DNA of 64,000 nt from NCBI GenBank assembly GCA_963751855.1, contig CAVVWF010000014.1, positions 56,814-120,813 of the forward strand, given 5' to 3'. Origin of the DNA: an uncultured Alphaproteobacteria bacterium. GTDB lineage: Bacteria > Pseudomonadota > Alphaproteobacteria > Rhizobiales > Xanthobacteraceae. Of the stretch, positions 1 to 9,919 are shown one piece after another. Under the pieces are notes generated by a model. That model was not told where the DNA came from. It did no database searches and saw nothing but the letters and a program-made list of their open reading frames with translations. A program made the translations under genes and the position numbers. Within the stretch, counting starts at the first letter, position 1, and each line of letters starts with the position of its first letter.

Positions 1-237
1 GTGGAAACCTCGGATGATACAGGCGTTCGCGATGCCAACGGCAACCTGCTGTCGGATGGGGACAGCGTCACCGTGATCAAGGACCTGAAGATCAAGGGAT
101 CGTCATCGGTCGTCAAAGGAGGCACCAAGGTCAGGAACATCCGCCTGACCGAGGCAACCGATGGACACAACATCGACTGCAAGATCGACGGCATCGGTGC
201 GATGAAACTGAAATCGGAGTTCGTGAAAAAGGCCTAG
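1..237 (+). CDS. phnA: PhnA/YjdM family protein (C-terminal domain; possibly 5'-truncated)
   Basis: [27 protein letters not shown]...[23 protein letters not shown] is the typical PhnA C-terminal domain. Confidence 0.85.
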   Translation: METSDDTGVRDANGNLLSDGDSVTVIKDLKIKGSSSVVKGGTKVRNIRLTEATDGHNIDCKIDGIGAMKLKSEFVKKA

Positions 238-435
238 CCGATACGCGTGATCCTGTTGCCGGAGCTGGACAAGCTGCATTCGTGAGAGGGGATTAAAAAC
301 GTGTTGCTCCCTCATGCATTCGGCAAAGCCTGCTGACCGGTGCCACCACAGAGGCGAGTGACAAAGTTTGGAATGTGGAAGATATGATCGGGTCGATCAA
401 TTCTCGAGATCGATGCCGATCAAGTATCTTGGGTA

Positions 436-711
436 GTGCTGATGAGTTTAAATGGGGCGGCCTGGATATGGTTGGCCGGGAACGTGATTCTGTTTGTCTG
501 CGAGGGTTACCTGGTCTGGCAGATGCAGAATAACCTTGCTCCAGGGATAAACCTTGGCGCCTCTCAAGGTTTGCAATTCTCGCTCCAGCGGCATCCCGAC
601 ATGTACACGGCTCGCGGTCAGAGCTATTGGCGCAAGTCTGTTCTCGTTGAAATCCTTCTGTTCACCTGGGGTCTCGGCGGCGCGATGCTGCTGGGTCTTG
701 TCTTCGGCTAG
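436..711 (+). CDS. small hypothetical membrane protein
   Basis: 91 aa ORF with two hydrophobic segments. Confidence 0.5.
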   Translation: MLMSLNGAAWIWLAGNVILFVCEGYLVWQMQNNLAPGINLGASQGLQFSLQRHPDMYTARGQSYWRKSVLVEILLFTWGLGGAMLLGLVFG

Positions 712-716
712 TCTCA

Positions 717-2156
717 TTAACGCTTGGCTTTTGTGTTTGGCACCGCGCCGGCGCGCCAGATATCGGCGTTAAGATGATCCTGCGTGCCTTTCTTTAACCC
801 CTCCGGCACTTCTGTCGATCGGCCGGTTCGTGCGAGCTTTAAAACGGCGCGGCGCATCAATTCGGTTGATGTAAACGGCTGTTGCAGCAGCCACGGTATA
901 TCGACGCCGCTTTCGCCAAAGTAGGACGAGTGGGAAGCCACTCGATCGAGCTGTTCCAGCGTTGCGACGACAAACCAGGAGATGGCAGCCGATCCGGGTA
1001 GAATTGCATCAAATCGTGGGCTCGCCGGCCAAAATGGCTCCGACATTTGGCCTTTGCCGTTCTTGAGAATTGTCGCGAGCTTGATGAGGGCATCTCTTGC
1101 GATCACGCGCTCGCCAAGTTCCCAGGCGACGCGGGCATGCGTTGAAAGGCGCGCGATCGTCGGCTCGCGTTCGCACAGGGCCATGAGTGCGCTGTGTGCA
1201 TAGTTAAGGGCCGCATACCGCGTTTCTGACGTGTTGGTCGCCTCACGCCATGCGGCAAAGCCTGCAAGCGCGTTGTGATAGTCGAGTGATATGTCCGCGG
1301 CTAGCAGGTTGGCGAACGGTGAAAAGAATGGTTGCCGGTGCAATTCGTCGATCGCATTCCGTCGGCCCTCATCGGTCGGTTCAAATGTCGCCGTCGCTTC
1401 GACAAGTAAGCCCGCGCGGGCCAAGTCGCTGGCGCGGTCGGGCCTTGCTGCAAACTGATTTAACTCGAACGGATCAACTGGATCGTCCGGCGCGACGCGC
1501 GCAAGGATCGGTGCGCCGTCGAGCAGACGGTAAATTTGAAATCCCTTGGCAACGAAATCGTTGCGCAATTCGATATTGTAACGATCGCCGACTTTGACTT
1601 CAAACATCACGAGCGGGGATTGATCTAAAAAGAATTGCTGTGCGCCGTTGAGGATCAGGCGTTCCGCGCCCTCTGCGTCGAGCTTTAAAAAGTCGATCGT
1701 GCGCCAGCCGTGTGCTTTCGCCTCGGCGTCGAGCGTTGTGATCCTGACTCGTTCGCCGTCGGCGTCATCGCTGAGCGCGTTTAATTCGCTCGATGCGCCT
1801 CGCCCTAGTCGGCCTGTACCTTCCTTGTCTGACATTGCTGCCGCGACGATATGCAGATTGTTTGCGTTGTTGGTCGCCTTGCTGCGTTCCAGAAACCGGG
1901 CGGTTTCGCTCGCCGGTTCGTATGCGTAAACGTTCCCTTTCGGTCCCACGATGCGCGCCATTGGCAGTGAATACACGCCGAAGTTTGCGCCGATGTCGAT
2001 CGCGGACATGCCGGGCCGCAGGATATGCGCAAGAAATTGCGCTTCCTTTTCAAACCATTTTTCCTGTTCAAGAATGACGTAGGTTGTCATGGCGTCCAAT
2101 GAAGCCGGCACGACGAGGCGCGTGCCGTCGGTCATCCGCAACCGAACCTCTTGCAT
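717..2156 (-). CDS. FkbM family methyltransferase with C-terminal extension
   Basis: IDIGANFG, YAYEP and FLKLDAEGAE motifs. Confidence 0.85.
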   Translation of the reverse strand: MQEVRLRMTDGTRLVVPASLDAMTTYVILEQEKWFEKEAQFLAHILRPGMSAIDIGANFGVYSLPMARIVGPKGNVYAYEPASETARFLERSKATNNANNLHIVAAAMSDKEGTGRLGRGASSELNALSDDADGERVRITTLDAEAKAHGWRTIDFLKLDAEGAERLILNGAQQFFLDQSPLVMFEVKVGDRYNIELRNDFVAKGFQIYRLLDGAPILARVAPDDPVDPFELNQFAARPDRASDLARAGLLVEATATFEPTDEGRRNAIDELHRQPFFSPFANLLAADISLDYHNALAGFAAWREATNTSETRYAALNYAHSALMALCEREPTIARLSTHARVAWELGERVIARDALIKLATILKNGKGQMSEPFWPASPRFDAILPGSAAISWFVVATLEQLDRVASHSSYFGESGVDIPWLLQQPFTSTELMRRAVLKLARTGRSTEVPEGLKKGTQDHLNADIWRAGAVPNTKAKR

Positions 2157-2433
2157 GTGCTTGATTTCCGTTTTTTTGTTATTTCCGCTTGCGCGTCATG
2201 CCCAAGAACATCGAAAGAACACCGAATAGGCGAGCCGCTTCGCAGTCGAATTCATCTGCCCATCAGCCTCATGATGTCGGCGCGGGCTTCTTGCGTGGCT
2301 TCACGGCGCGTGGCGGCGGAGGCGGGGGCTTGTTCGGCTGCAGCGTGACGATGACGGGATTGGGCTTGTGATCGAGGGCTGCGCTTCAATTGCCTCCATT
2401 GCTCCTACCATGCTCAGGTCAATCGCCTATCGG

Positions 2434-2874
2434 CTACTCTTTAGGCTCAGCACTCGACTCGGCGGGGGCAGCCGTTGGTGGCGCGACGCGTTTCTTCTTA
2501 GTTGGTTTCGCCGCCTGCGGTGCGGGTGGTGGTTCTTCGACGCCGCAACGTTTCTGCTCGGCCAGAGTTGCAAGGTACTGCTGGCGGGCTTGGAGAGCTT
2601 GGGTCTCCTTGTCAGCGGTGCCCTGAAAATCCATCCCAAACCAAAGCACCGGAATGAATATGCCAGCTACACCTGCTGCAACATTCTGTGTTGTTTTAAG
2701 TCCCTGGTCTGAAGCGAGTTGCTGGACCCTGGTGTTGTTGGCCTGTACCTCCGCGAGAACGGCCGCACAGTCCATGAAACGATCTTGCGGTTGTACAACA
2801 GCCACCGGCGCGGGAGACCTTCCGGCACATCCCGCCAGCGCGGCGCAAATCGCCGCAACGCACAAAATACGCAT
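2434..2874 (-). CDS. hypothetical lipoprotein
   Basis: signal peptide with lipobox LAGC; Pro/Ala/Lys-rich tail. Confidence 0.7.
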   Translation of the reverse strand: MRILCVAAICAALAGCAGRSPAPVAVVQPQDRFMDCAAVLAEVQANNTRVQQLASDQGLKTTQNVAAGVAGIFIPVLWFGMDFQGTADKETQALQARQQYLATLAEQKRCGVEEPPPAPQAAKPTKKKRVAPPTAAPAESSAEPKE

Positions 2875-3018
2875 TTTTAAAAATTCCCCAGACCCGCGCG
2901 CATACAAGCGCAGCCGGAGCGCGAGTGCAAGGGTTGCGTGTGCTTATGGTTGTAGACTTAAGTGGAGAAAAGGCGACGGTCAGTCACGTCAGTTTTCTTT
3001 GCCAATCGGAGAGATGCG

Positions 3019-3423
3019 ATGAACTTGACGGGCGGGCGCACGACTCTCAAGCTCAACATCTCCGCTTTGGTTCTGGCTCTCATTATCAATATCGAAGCAG
3101 CCTATATCATCTATCGCGTTACGAGCCGGCTCATTTGGCAAGATTGGATCCTCGGCTTTATCCCGGTGCTGGTGATGTTCATCATCAGAAATCGAGAATA
3201 CTAGTATACTTTCTTCTTCCTTCATCTCGTCATTGCCATTGAGATGTTTTTCCGGTCTCGGAGCGTCTACTTCGGCGCTTCTGTTTACCCCAAGTTGTTT
3301 CTTCCCGAACTGGTGTTGCTCGTCATCGCCTCGCTTGTTTGTTTGGTGGTCTACGGGCTCTGGGTGTTGCTCGGCTATGCCGGCACTCTGATCAAAAAAA
3401 TCAAGACGCCGATAAGCAGTTAA
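3019..3423 (+). pseudogene. multi-pass membrane protein interrupted by an in-frame TAG (3202-3204)
   Basis: the hydrophobic frame continues after the TAG (YTFFFLHLVIAIEM...LLVIASLVCLVVYGLWVLLG) to TAA at 3421-3423. Confidence 0.55.
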
Positions 3424-3601
3424 GTGCACATGTTGCACCGGCAGGTCGCGACGCCTCCAACAACTCCCAAACAGGATATCCGCGACGGGATGCACGCGGC
3501 TACCCTGTCTGTGACATCGAATGTGATCGCGCCTTTGCACCGGGCAGGGGCATTTTACCGCCGTAAGCCGGCGCGAAATGCTAAGCTCTCATGGATTGCA
3601 C

Positions 3602-3649
3602 GGGGTGCGCCTTCTCTGAATGCCGAGGAAGGAACAGCCGATGCTTCCG
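3602..3649 (+). repeat. orphan duplicate of the 5' end (RBS and start) of the DUF2652 gene; partner at 5964-6011
   Basis: 25-bp identical core GAGGAAGGAACAGCCGATGCTTCCG at 3625-3649 and 5987-6011. Confidence 0.9.
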
Positions 3650-3681
3650 GGATCTCCAGTCATCGATAAGGGAGGTCAACC

Positions 3682-4434
3682 ATGAAGATCGTTGTGATCG
3701 GCGGTACCGGCCTGATCGGCTCGAAGACCGTCGCCATTCTGCGCCAGGGTGGCCACGAAGTCCTCGCTGCCTCGCCCAACAGCGGCGTCAACACCATCAC
3801 CGGCGAGGGGCTCAAAGAGGCCCTGGCCGGCGCGCAGGTCGTGATCGATCTCGCCAATTCGCCCTCATTTGAAGACAAGGCGGTGCTGGAGTTCTTCGAG
3901 ACCTCCGGCCGCAACCTTCTCGCGGCGGAGGCCGCAGCCGGTGTCCGATACCATGTCGCGCTCTCCATCGTCGCAATCGACCGGACAGACAATGGCTATT
4001 TCCGCGCCAAGGTCGCCCAGGAGAAACTGATCGAGACCTCCGGCATCCCATACACCATCGTCCGCTCGACCCAGTTCCTGGAATTCCTCGGCGGCATCGC
4101 CGATTCAAGTGCGGATGGAAACCTGGTCAAGCTCCCGCCCATCCTGTTCCAGCCCATCGCTTCGGACGACGTTGCTGCCAGCGTTGCCGATGTGGCGCTC
4201 GCGCCGCCGCACAATGGCATCGTTGAGATCGCCGGCCCGGAACGAGCGCCGTTCAATGAAATCATCGCCCGCTATCTGAAGGCGGTCGGCGACCCGCGCG
4301 AGGTCGTGAGCGATCCCGAGGCCCGATACTGGGGCAGCCGGGTTGACGAGCACTCGCTCGTGCCGTTGGGCGCGGCGCGCCTCGGCCGCATCGGTTTCGA
4401 CGAATGGTTCCGCCGCTCACAGGCAGCAGCCTGA
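3682..4434 (+). CDS. NmrA-like/SDR NAD(P)-binding protein
   Basis: MKIVVIGGTGLIG Rossmann motif, YFRAK; GGAGG RBS. Confidence 0.9.
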   Translation: MKIVVIGGTGLIGSKTVAILRQGGHEVLAASPNSGVNTITGEGLKEALAGAQVVIDLANSPSFEDKAVLEFFETSGRNLLAAEAAAGVRYHVALSIVAIDRTDNGYFRAKVAQEKLIETSGIPYTIVRSTQFLEFLGGIADSSADGNLVKLPPILFQPIASDDVAASVADVALAPPHNGIVEIAGPERAPFNEIIARYLKAVGDPREVVSDPEARYWGSRVDEHSLVPLGAARLGRIGFDEWFRRSQAAA

Positions 4435-4525
4435 TCCCGCATCGGAGGTACGCCAAGTCTGTCTGAGCAAGTCTGTTCGAGCGTGTCTGTCCCAGGTTCC
4501 TGGGCAACGAACGAAAGAGGCGACC

Positions 4526-4915
4526 ATGACGATCAAACGCGTTGCGTTGGTTCTTCTGTGCCTCATGACCGGCACGGCGATGGCTCAGGAGCCTAAGGTC
4601 GCGCCACTCATGTCCAAGGATCTTCCGGAGAGCCCCGGCAGGGAAGCTCTGATGATCACAGTCGAGCATGCGCCCGGCGGGTCGAGCGCTATCCACCGGC
4701 ACAATGCACATGCGTTTGTTTACGTGCTGGAGGGCTCCGTCGTGATGCAGCTGAAGGGTGGACAACCGGTGACGCTGACACCAGGACAGTCCTTCTATGA
4801 AGGCCCTGATGATGTTCATGTCGTCGACCGGAACGCGAGCAGCACCCAGCCGGCGAAATTCCTGGTGGTTTTGATCAAGGACAAGGGCACCCCGGCGCTC
4901 GTGCCCGCACAGTGA
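4526..4915 (+). CDS. secreted cupin domain protein
   Basis: signal peptide; HRHNAHAFVYVLEG...EGPDDVH cupin motifs. Confidence 0.88.
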   Translation: MTIKRVALVLLCLMTGTAMAQEPKVAPLMSKDLPESPGREALMITVEHAPGGSSAIHRHNAHAFVYVLEGSVVMQLKGGQPVTLTPGQSFYEGPDDVHVVDRNASSTQPAKFLVVLIKDKGTPALVPAQ

Positions 4916-4924
4916 CTGTTACGG

Positions 4925-5006
4925 CAACCCAAATCTACTGCAACCCAAGTCTACGCAACCCAAGTCTACGCAACCCAAGTCTACGAAAGCAAGCCAAGTC
5001 CACGAA
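4925..5006. repeat. intergenic tandem repeat, ~15-bp unit GCAACCCAAGTCTAC, 4-5 copies
   Basis: directly visible. Confidence 0.9.
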
Positions 5007-5033
5007 AGGTAAGGCAGTCAGAAGGAGATAAAC

Positions 5034-5954
5034 ATGAGCCTAGACATGACACCACACCCCGTTAGATCGGGGCCCCCCGAAGAGTTGGTTCCGTCGCGCT
5101 ACGCGCTGAAGGTCGGCGACATTGACGTGCTGGTGGTCAGCGATGGGGTGCTCACGCTGCCAGGCGCGATGTTGGGCCACAACGCTGACCCGGCCGTGCG
5201 GGCGGCCTGGCTGAAGGATCAGTTCCTGCCGCCGGACGTGCTCGAGTGGGCGCTGAACGTGGTCCTGGTGCGGAGCGGCGACCGGACCATCCTCGTCGAC
5301 GCTGGACTAGGGTCGGACCCGGACTTGAACTTGCCGCGGGCCGGGCATTTGGTCCAGCGACTGGAGGAGGCCGGCATCGATCTGTCGTCCGTGACCGATG
5401 TGGTGCTCACCCACATGCACATGGACCACGTTGGCGGGCTGCTCGTCGACGGGGTGAGGGAGCGGCTGCGTAAAGACCTGCGAGTCCACGTGGCGGCCGC
5501 CGAGGTCAAGTTCTGGGCGGCGCCCGATTTCTCCCGCGTCTCCATGCCGCCGGGATTTCCGGACGCGCTTCGGTCGGCGGCCAACCGATTCTTGAGCGAG
5601 TACCAGAGCCAGCTGCGGACGTTCGATGAGACGTACGAGGTGGTGCCGGGGGTGCTCGTCTCTCGCACCGGCGGCCACACTCCCGGACACAGCGTGGTCC
5701 GCCTGGCGTCCGGCGGCGACCGGCTGACGTTCGCAGGCGACGCCGTGTTCGCGGTCGGGTTCGAGCACCCGGACTGGTACAACGGCTTCGAACACGACCC
5801 CGAGGAAGCAGCCCGCGTGAGGATCCGTCTTTTGCGGGAGCTGGCGGAGAACCGCGAGCCGCTGGTGGCCACTCACCTGCCGTTCCCGTCCGTCTGCCAT
5901 GTGGCGGTCGCCGGCGACGTCTTTCGTTGGGTACCGGCCGTCTGGGAGTACTGA
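5034..5954 (+). CDS. MBL-fold metallo-hydrolase
   Basis: THMHMDH, GHTPGH and FAGD motifs. Confidence 0.92.
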   Translation: MSLDMTPHPVRSGPPEELVPSRYALKVGDIDVLVVSDGVLTLPGAMLGHNADPAVRAAWLKDQFLPPDVLEWALNVVLVRSGDRTILVDAGLGSDPDLNLPRAGHLVQRLEEAGIDLSSVTDVVLTHMHMDHVGGLLVDGVRERLRKDLRVHVAAAEVKFWAAPDFSRVSMPPGFPDALRSAANRFLSEYQSQLRTFDETYEVVPGVLVSRTGGHTPGHSVVRLASGGDRLTFAGDAVFAVGFEHPDWYNGFEHDPEEAARVRIRLLRELAENREPLVATHLPFPSVCHVAVAGDVFRWVPAVWEY

Positions 5955-6002
5955 CCGCTTGTTGGGGGCGCCTTCTCTGGAATGAAGAGGAAGGAACAGC
6001 CG

Positions 6003-7153
6003 ATGCTTCCGAAACCCGAATCCGCCTGTTTCGTGATCGCCGACATCTCCGGCTACACCAGCTTTCTCGCCGGCGTCGAGCTCGACCACGCGCAGGACAT
6101 CATCGCCGACGTGATGGACACGGTGGTGAGGCGCCTGCGCCCGCCGTTCCGGCTCGCCAAGTTCGAGGGCGACGCGGCCTTCTTCTACGCGGTCAGCGAC
6201 AAGGTCGACGGATCGCTCCTCCAGGACGCCATCGAGTCGGCCTATTCGCCTTCCGCAAGCGGCTGCGCAACATCAAGCAGGCGACGTCCTGCGAATGCAG
6301 CGCCTGCAGGAAGATGCAGGATCTCGACCTCAAGTTCGTCAGCCACCATGGCGAGTTCATCAAGCACAGGATGGCCGGCCGCGAGGAGCTCGCCGGCCGC
6401 GACGTCATCCTCGTTCATCGCCTGCTGAAGAACGCGTGTCAACGAGCGCCTCGGCGGCCACGCCTACGCGCTGTATTCCGACGCGCTGCATCCAGGCAAT
6501 GGGCATCGATCCGGTCGGCGCAGGGTCTCGTCGAGCACCGCGAGTCGATCGACATCATCGGCGAGGTGACGTGCTGGGTGCGCGACTTCGAAGCGGCATG
6601 GCAGAAGGAGAACGACCGCCAGCGAAACGAGGTGACGCGCGACAAGGCGGCCGTGGTGATCGAGTTCGACATCGCCGCCCCGCGCCCGACGGTGTGGGAG
6701 TATTTCACCCTGCCCGGCCAACGGCCGAAATGGCGGGCGCGCCGACGAGGTGCGCGAAACGTCGCAGAGCGGCCGCCGCGGGGTCGGCACCGTCAACCAC
6801 TGCATGCATGGTCCCCACGCCATCATCGAGGAGGTGCTCGACTGGCGTCCGTTCGACTATCTGACGTTGACCACGCTGCTGCCCATGCCCGACGCGCCCA
6901 AGGTGCTCATGACCTACGCGTTCGCGAGGAGACGCGCGGGACAACGCACATCGAGATCCGCCTGGCCAAGCCCAAGCCGAAGGACAAGGCGTTTCTCGAG
7001 CAGGTCGGCGCGGAATTTCAGAAAACCATCACGGCGGAAATCGCAACCCTGCGGCAGATGCTCGAAGGGCAGGCTGCGCAGCCCGCGGTGGAAGAACCGA
7101 TGCTGCCGGTGTCGGCGGAGCGCTTCCGCACCGAGCCGGTGCAGATGCGTTGA
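6003..7153 (+). CDS. DUF2652 (nucleotide-cyclase-like) plus SRPBCC-like domain protein, several frameshifts
   Basis: IADISGYT, KFEGDA, LKFVSHHGE, ELAGRDVILVHRLLKN, then IAAPRPTVWEYFT and NHCMHG, spread over three frames. Confidence 0.75.
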
Positions 7154-7177
7154 TATGGGCCGCTTGAAGTTCTGCGC

Positions 7178-7468
7178 TCACCTGATCTGCCGAACATTCG
7201 CCGCCATGCCCGGGTCGAGCAGGATCCTGTATCGCGCATTGCTGCATGTCAGCACCCAGTCGGCACGGCCGGGGCGGGAAAGGTGTCTATCTCGCCTTGC
7301 GCGCAGCGGCTTCTCGCAGACGTAACCTTGCGAGCGGATCTGCGCCGCCAGCGATTGCTTTGGTGTATCGGCTGCGGCCTGTTGTGCGTTCGCTTGTGGG
7401 GTGGAGAGAGCAGCAACGATGGCCATGGAAAACGCGAAGGACAAGAGCTTCAGTGTTTTGTGCATCAC
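7178..7468 (-). CDS. small secreted hypothetical protein
   Basis: signal peptide; LAAQIRSQGYVC...WVLTCSNARYRI. Confidence 0.65.
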   Translation of the reverse strand: MMHKTLKLLSFAFSMAIVAALSTPQANAQQAAADTPKQSLAAQIRSQGYVCEKPLRARRDRHLSRPGRADWVLTCSNARYRILLDPGMAANVRQIR

Positions 7469-7636
7469 TTAACCCCTTAAAATAATGGGATCCTTTGAAA
7501 GCTGGCGTCTCGTTCGTCTGTTGCTCACGCTATCAAAACACGAATTCAAAAACACACTATCAAAAAACACTGATGGTGGCGTGAACTCGGAGCGGGGGCT
7601 TTCATGCCGTGCAACGTCAGTGCAGCGCCATCCCCT

Positions 7637-8321
7637 TCACCTTCTCCCCTTATACATCCCCACCACCTGATGGCAGATCGGCCAGTCGGCGCGGTGTTCG
7701 GAGAAGGTCTTCGCGGGGTTGTATTGCTCGAGCTTCCATGAGCGGTCGTTGAAGCCGACCAGGCGCTTGATCATGGACTTCGCTTCGCCGGTGCGGTGGT
7801 CCTGATCGTACAGCACCACGTCGGTGTCGCGCTCCGGCGGGCGGCGCGGATGGATCAGTGCCATGTCGCCTTGCCGATATGCCGGCACCATGCTGTCGCC
7901 GACGATGAGAATGCCGTAGCTGTCCGGCACGCCCTCCAGGATCACCGGCCGCTTCACATATTCCATCACATCAGTGTGGACGATCATGTGGCCGTTGCCG
8001 CCTTGCGCCGCCGCATAAATAGGAAAGTCGCGCGCGGCCCACCAGAAAATCGCTCGCGACGATGGACGGGTGAGGGGACTGCGCCAGCGCGCCCGCCGCC
8101 GATAGCGCGCGCGGCCCGTCGTTCATCAATTGATCGACGCTCCAGTCAAGCGCCTGCGCCACCAGCGCGCGCTTGTCGAGGCGGATGAAATCCTTCCGCC
8201 CGTTGACGTAGTCGCGAATGTAAGTGCGCTCCAGTCCGACGCTGACCGCCGCCGTGATCGGCGAACGCCCGAGCTCGAGAAGCCGGTTCTGGATGCGGGA
8301 CCGTAAGTCGTTGTCGCTCAT
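7637..8321 (-). CDS. phage CI-like repressor (HTH plus S24 peptidase), frameshifted in the linker
   Basis: N-terminal HTH (ORF 7971-8321); C-terminal S24 motifs IVGDSMVP and IKRL (ORF 7637-7987). Confidence 0.82.
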
Positions 8322-8412
8322 GTGGAATATTTTCCACGATGTATCTGTGGAAATCCAATGGAAAATCTTCCACTACCCCCCCCTTTTTTTTGCATAGTGG
8401 GAAATCTTCAAT
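8322..8412. promoter_or_regulatory. three 16-bp pseudo-palindromic operators between divergent cI and cro
   Basis: GTGGAATATTTTCCAC 8322-8337, ATGGAAAATCTTCCAC 8358-8373, GTGGGAAATCTTCAAT 8397-8412; TTGCAT-N17-CATGGT promoter-like sequence straddles the third. Confidence 0.75.
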
Positions 8413-8425
8413 CATGGTTATCGCC

Positions 8426-8950
8426 ATGGAGCATGACCTTAAACAACACCTGATGAGCTGCGCAACGGCTTTCGCGCACAAGCGCAACGTCAAGCTGACG
8501 ACGCTGGGCCGCAAGGCCGCGAACAACTCGCCGTTCTTCACGCGGCTTAAGGACAACCGCACCTCGTTCACCGCGCGCAAATATGACGAGATCATCCAGT
8601 GGTTTTCGGACCACTGGCCGGCGGATCTCGGAGTGGCCGCAGGGCGTGCTGCGGCCTGTGAGCGCGGCGCGGCCTTTAGCCCTGGCGGGGCCTGTAACCC
8701 TGGCGGGGCCTGTAACAGTGGCGCGGCCTGTGAGCGGAAAGACCAATGCGCGCGGGGAGGCGGTGGGATGATCGCCTCGCGTGAAAACCTATGCGGCGCG
8801 CAGCGGTGTTATCCGCTGCTGATGATCGGCGGCGTTTATCGCATGTCACTTGCGATGGGCGTGGCGTCGTACGCCTTGCCGCGCATCTCACCCACGGCGT
8901 CGCGCCATCGCGTGCGGAAAGCCGTGCGTGCCGCGCGCAAGACTTCTTGA
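8426..8950 (+). CDS. Cro-like phage regulator (first ~70 aa credible; 3' end uncertain)
   Basis: divergent from cI; LTTLGRKAANNSPFFTRL...YDEIIQWFSDHWPADL resembles rhizobial prophage Cro-like proteins. Confidence 0.65.
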   Translation: MEHDLKQHLMSCATAFAHKRNVKLTTLGRKAANNSPFFTRLKDNRTSFTARKYDEIIQWFSDHWPADLGVAAGRAAACERGAAFSPGGACNPGGACNSGAACERKDQCARGGGGMIASRENLCGAQRCYPLLMIGGVYRMSLAMGVASYALPRISPTASRHRVRKAVRAARKTS

Positions 8951-9035
8951 ACAACTCGCACACGCGCGTCCGCGCGACGCCGGGGCGTGAACACCATGCA
9001 GCGGCAACACACCACACACCGGCAGGGAGGCCACG

Positions 9036-9662
9036 ATGACACCCGAACAGCAGCGGCTTACGATCAGCACAAGGCGCGGCTCGCGCGCATCGCCGGCCGC
9101 GCCGTTCCGGCGCAGGACTCCGGCCTGCGTCTTCTACCTCGGTGGAAAAATTCAACCGAACAGGGCGCGTATCCGCCGCGGTAGTGAACGGGGGAGGCAT
9201 CGTGGGAGCCGGAAACGCGGCATCTGACGCGCAAAGCGGACACGCCGCGCCCCAGTGGTACCAGGGTGAAAACGCGACGCCCAACACGCGCGCTGTCCAA
9301 GTCGGCGAGCAGGCCAGTTCAGACAGCCAGCCAGCTGGTTTCGCGTGGCGGGCACGCACCTCACCGTGCGCGACATCCAGGAGGCGGTGATCGCGCATTT
9401 CCGCATGCCGCGCATCGAGCTGTTCGCCAAGCGCCGCAACAAGGCCACGGTGCGCGCCCGCCACATCGCGATTTACTTGAGCAAGATCCTCACCATCCAG
9501 TCGCTGCCGGAGATCGGCCTGCGCTTCGGCGGGCTGGATCACACCACCATTCTCTATGCGTCGCGCAAGGTGGAGCGCGAGCTGCCGCTGGATGCGCAGC
9601 TGGCGCAGGACGTGGCGGAGATCGAACGCGCGCTCGACGTGCTGGAAGAGACGCGCGCATGA
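9036..9662 (+). CDS. phage protein with DnaA C-terminal (domain IV) HTH; N-terminal part frameshifted
   Basis: RARHIAIYL...SLPEIGLRFGGLDHTTILYASRKVE; GGAGG RBS before 9036; no AAA+ domain. Confidence 0.8.
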
Positions 9663-9915
9663 GTGGAGCGACCATGAACCGCTGACGCCCGATGAACTGC
9701 TGCGAAAGCGGGTGGACCGCGCCACGCGCGATGCGTGGCTGGCGCTGCATGAGCTGGCGGGCCTGGCAGCCGATCCCGCCGCGTGCGGGCACATCGCGCA
9801 GCAACGCCGCCATCTTTGCAGCATCCGCGCCAATGCGGACCTGATCGCGCGCCAGTGTGACGCCGCGCATTCACAACACCTGCAGCCACACCTGCACCCA
9901 CGCCCGCACGGGTGA
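9659..9915 (+). CDS. small phage hypothetical protein (frameshift near start)
   Basis: ATGA overlap with the upstream gene; open frame to 9915. Confidence 0.4.
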
Positions 9916-9919
9916 GCGC

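Noticed and set aside
9345-9662. Chromosomal dnaA/oriC
   Set aside because: Only domain IV is present; no AAA+ domain, dnaN or DnaA-box cluster seen.
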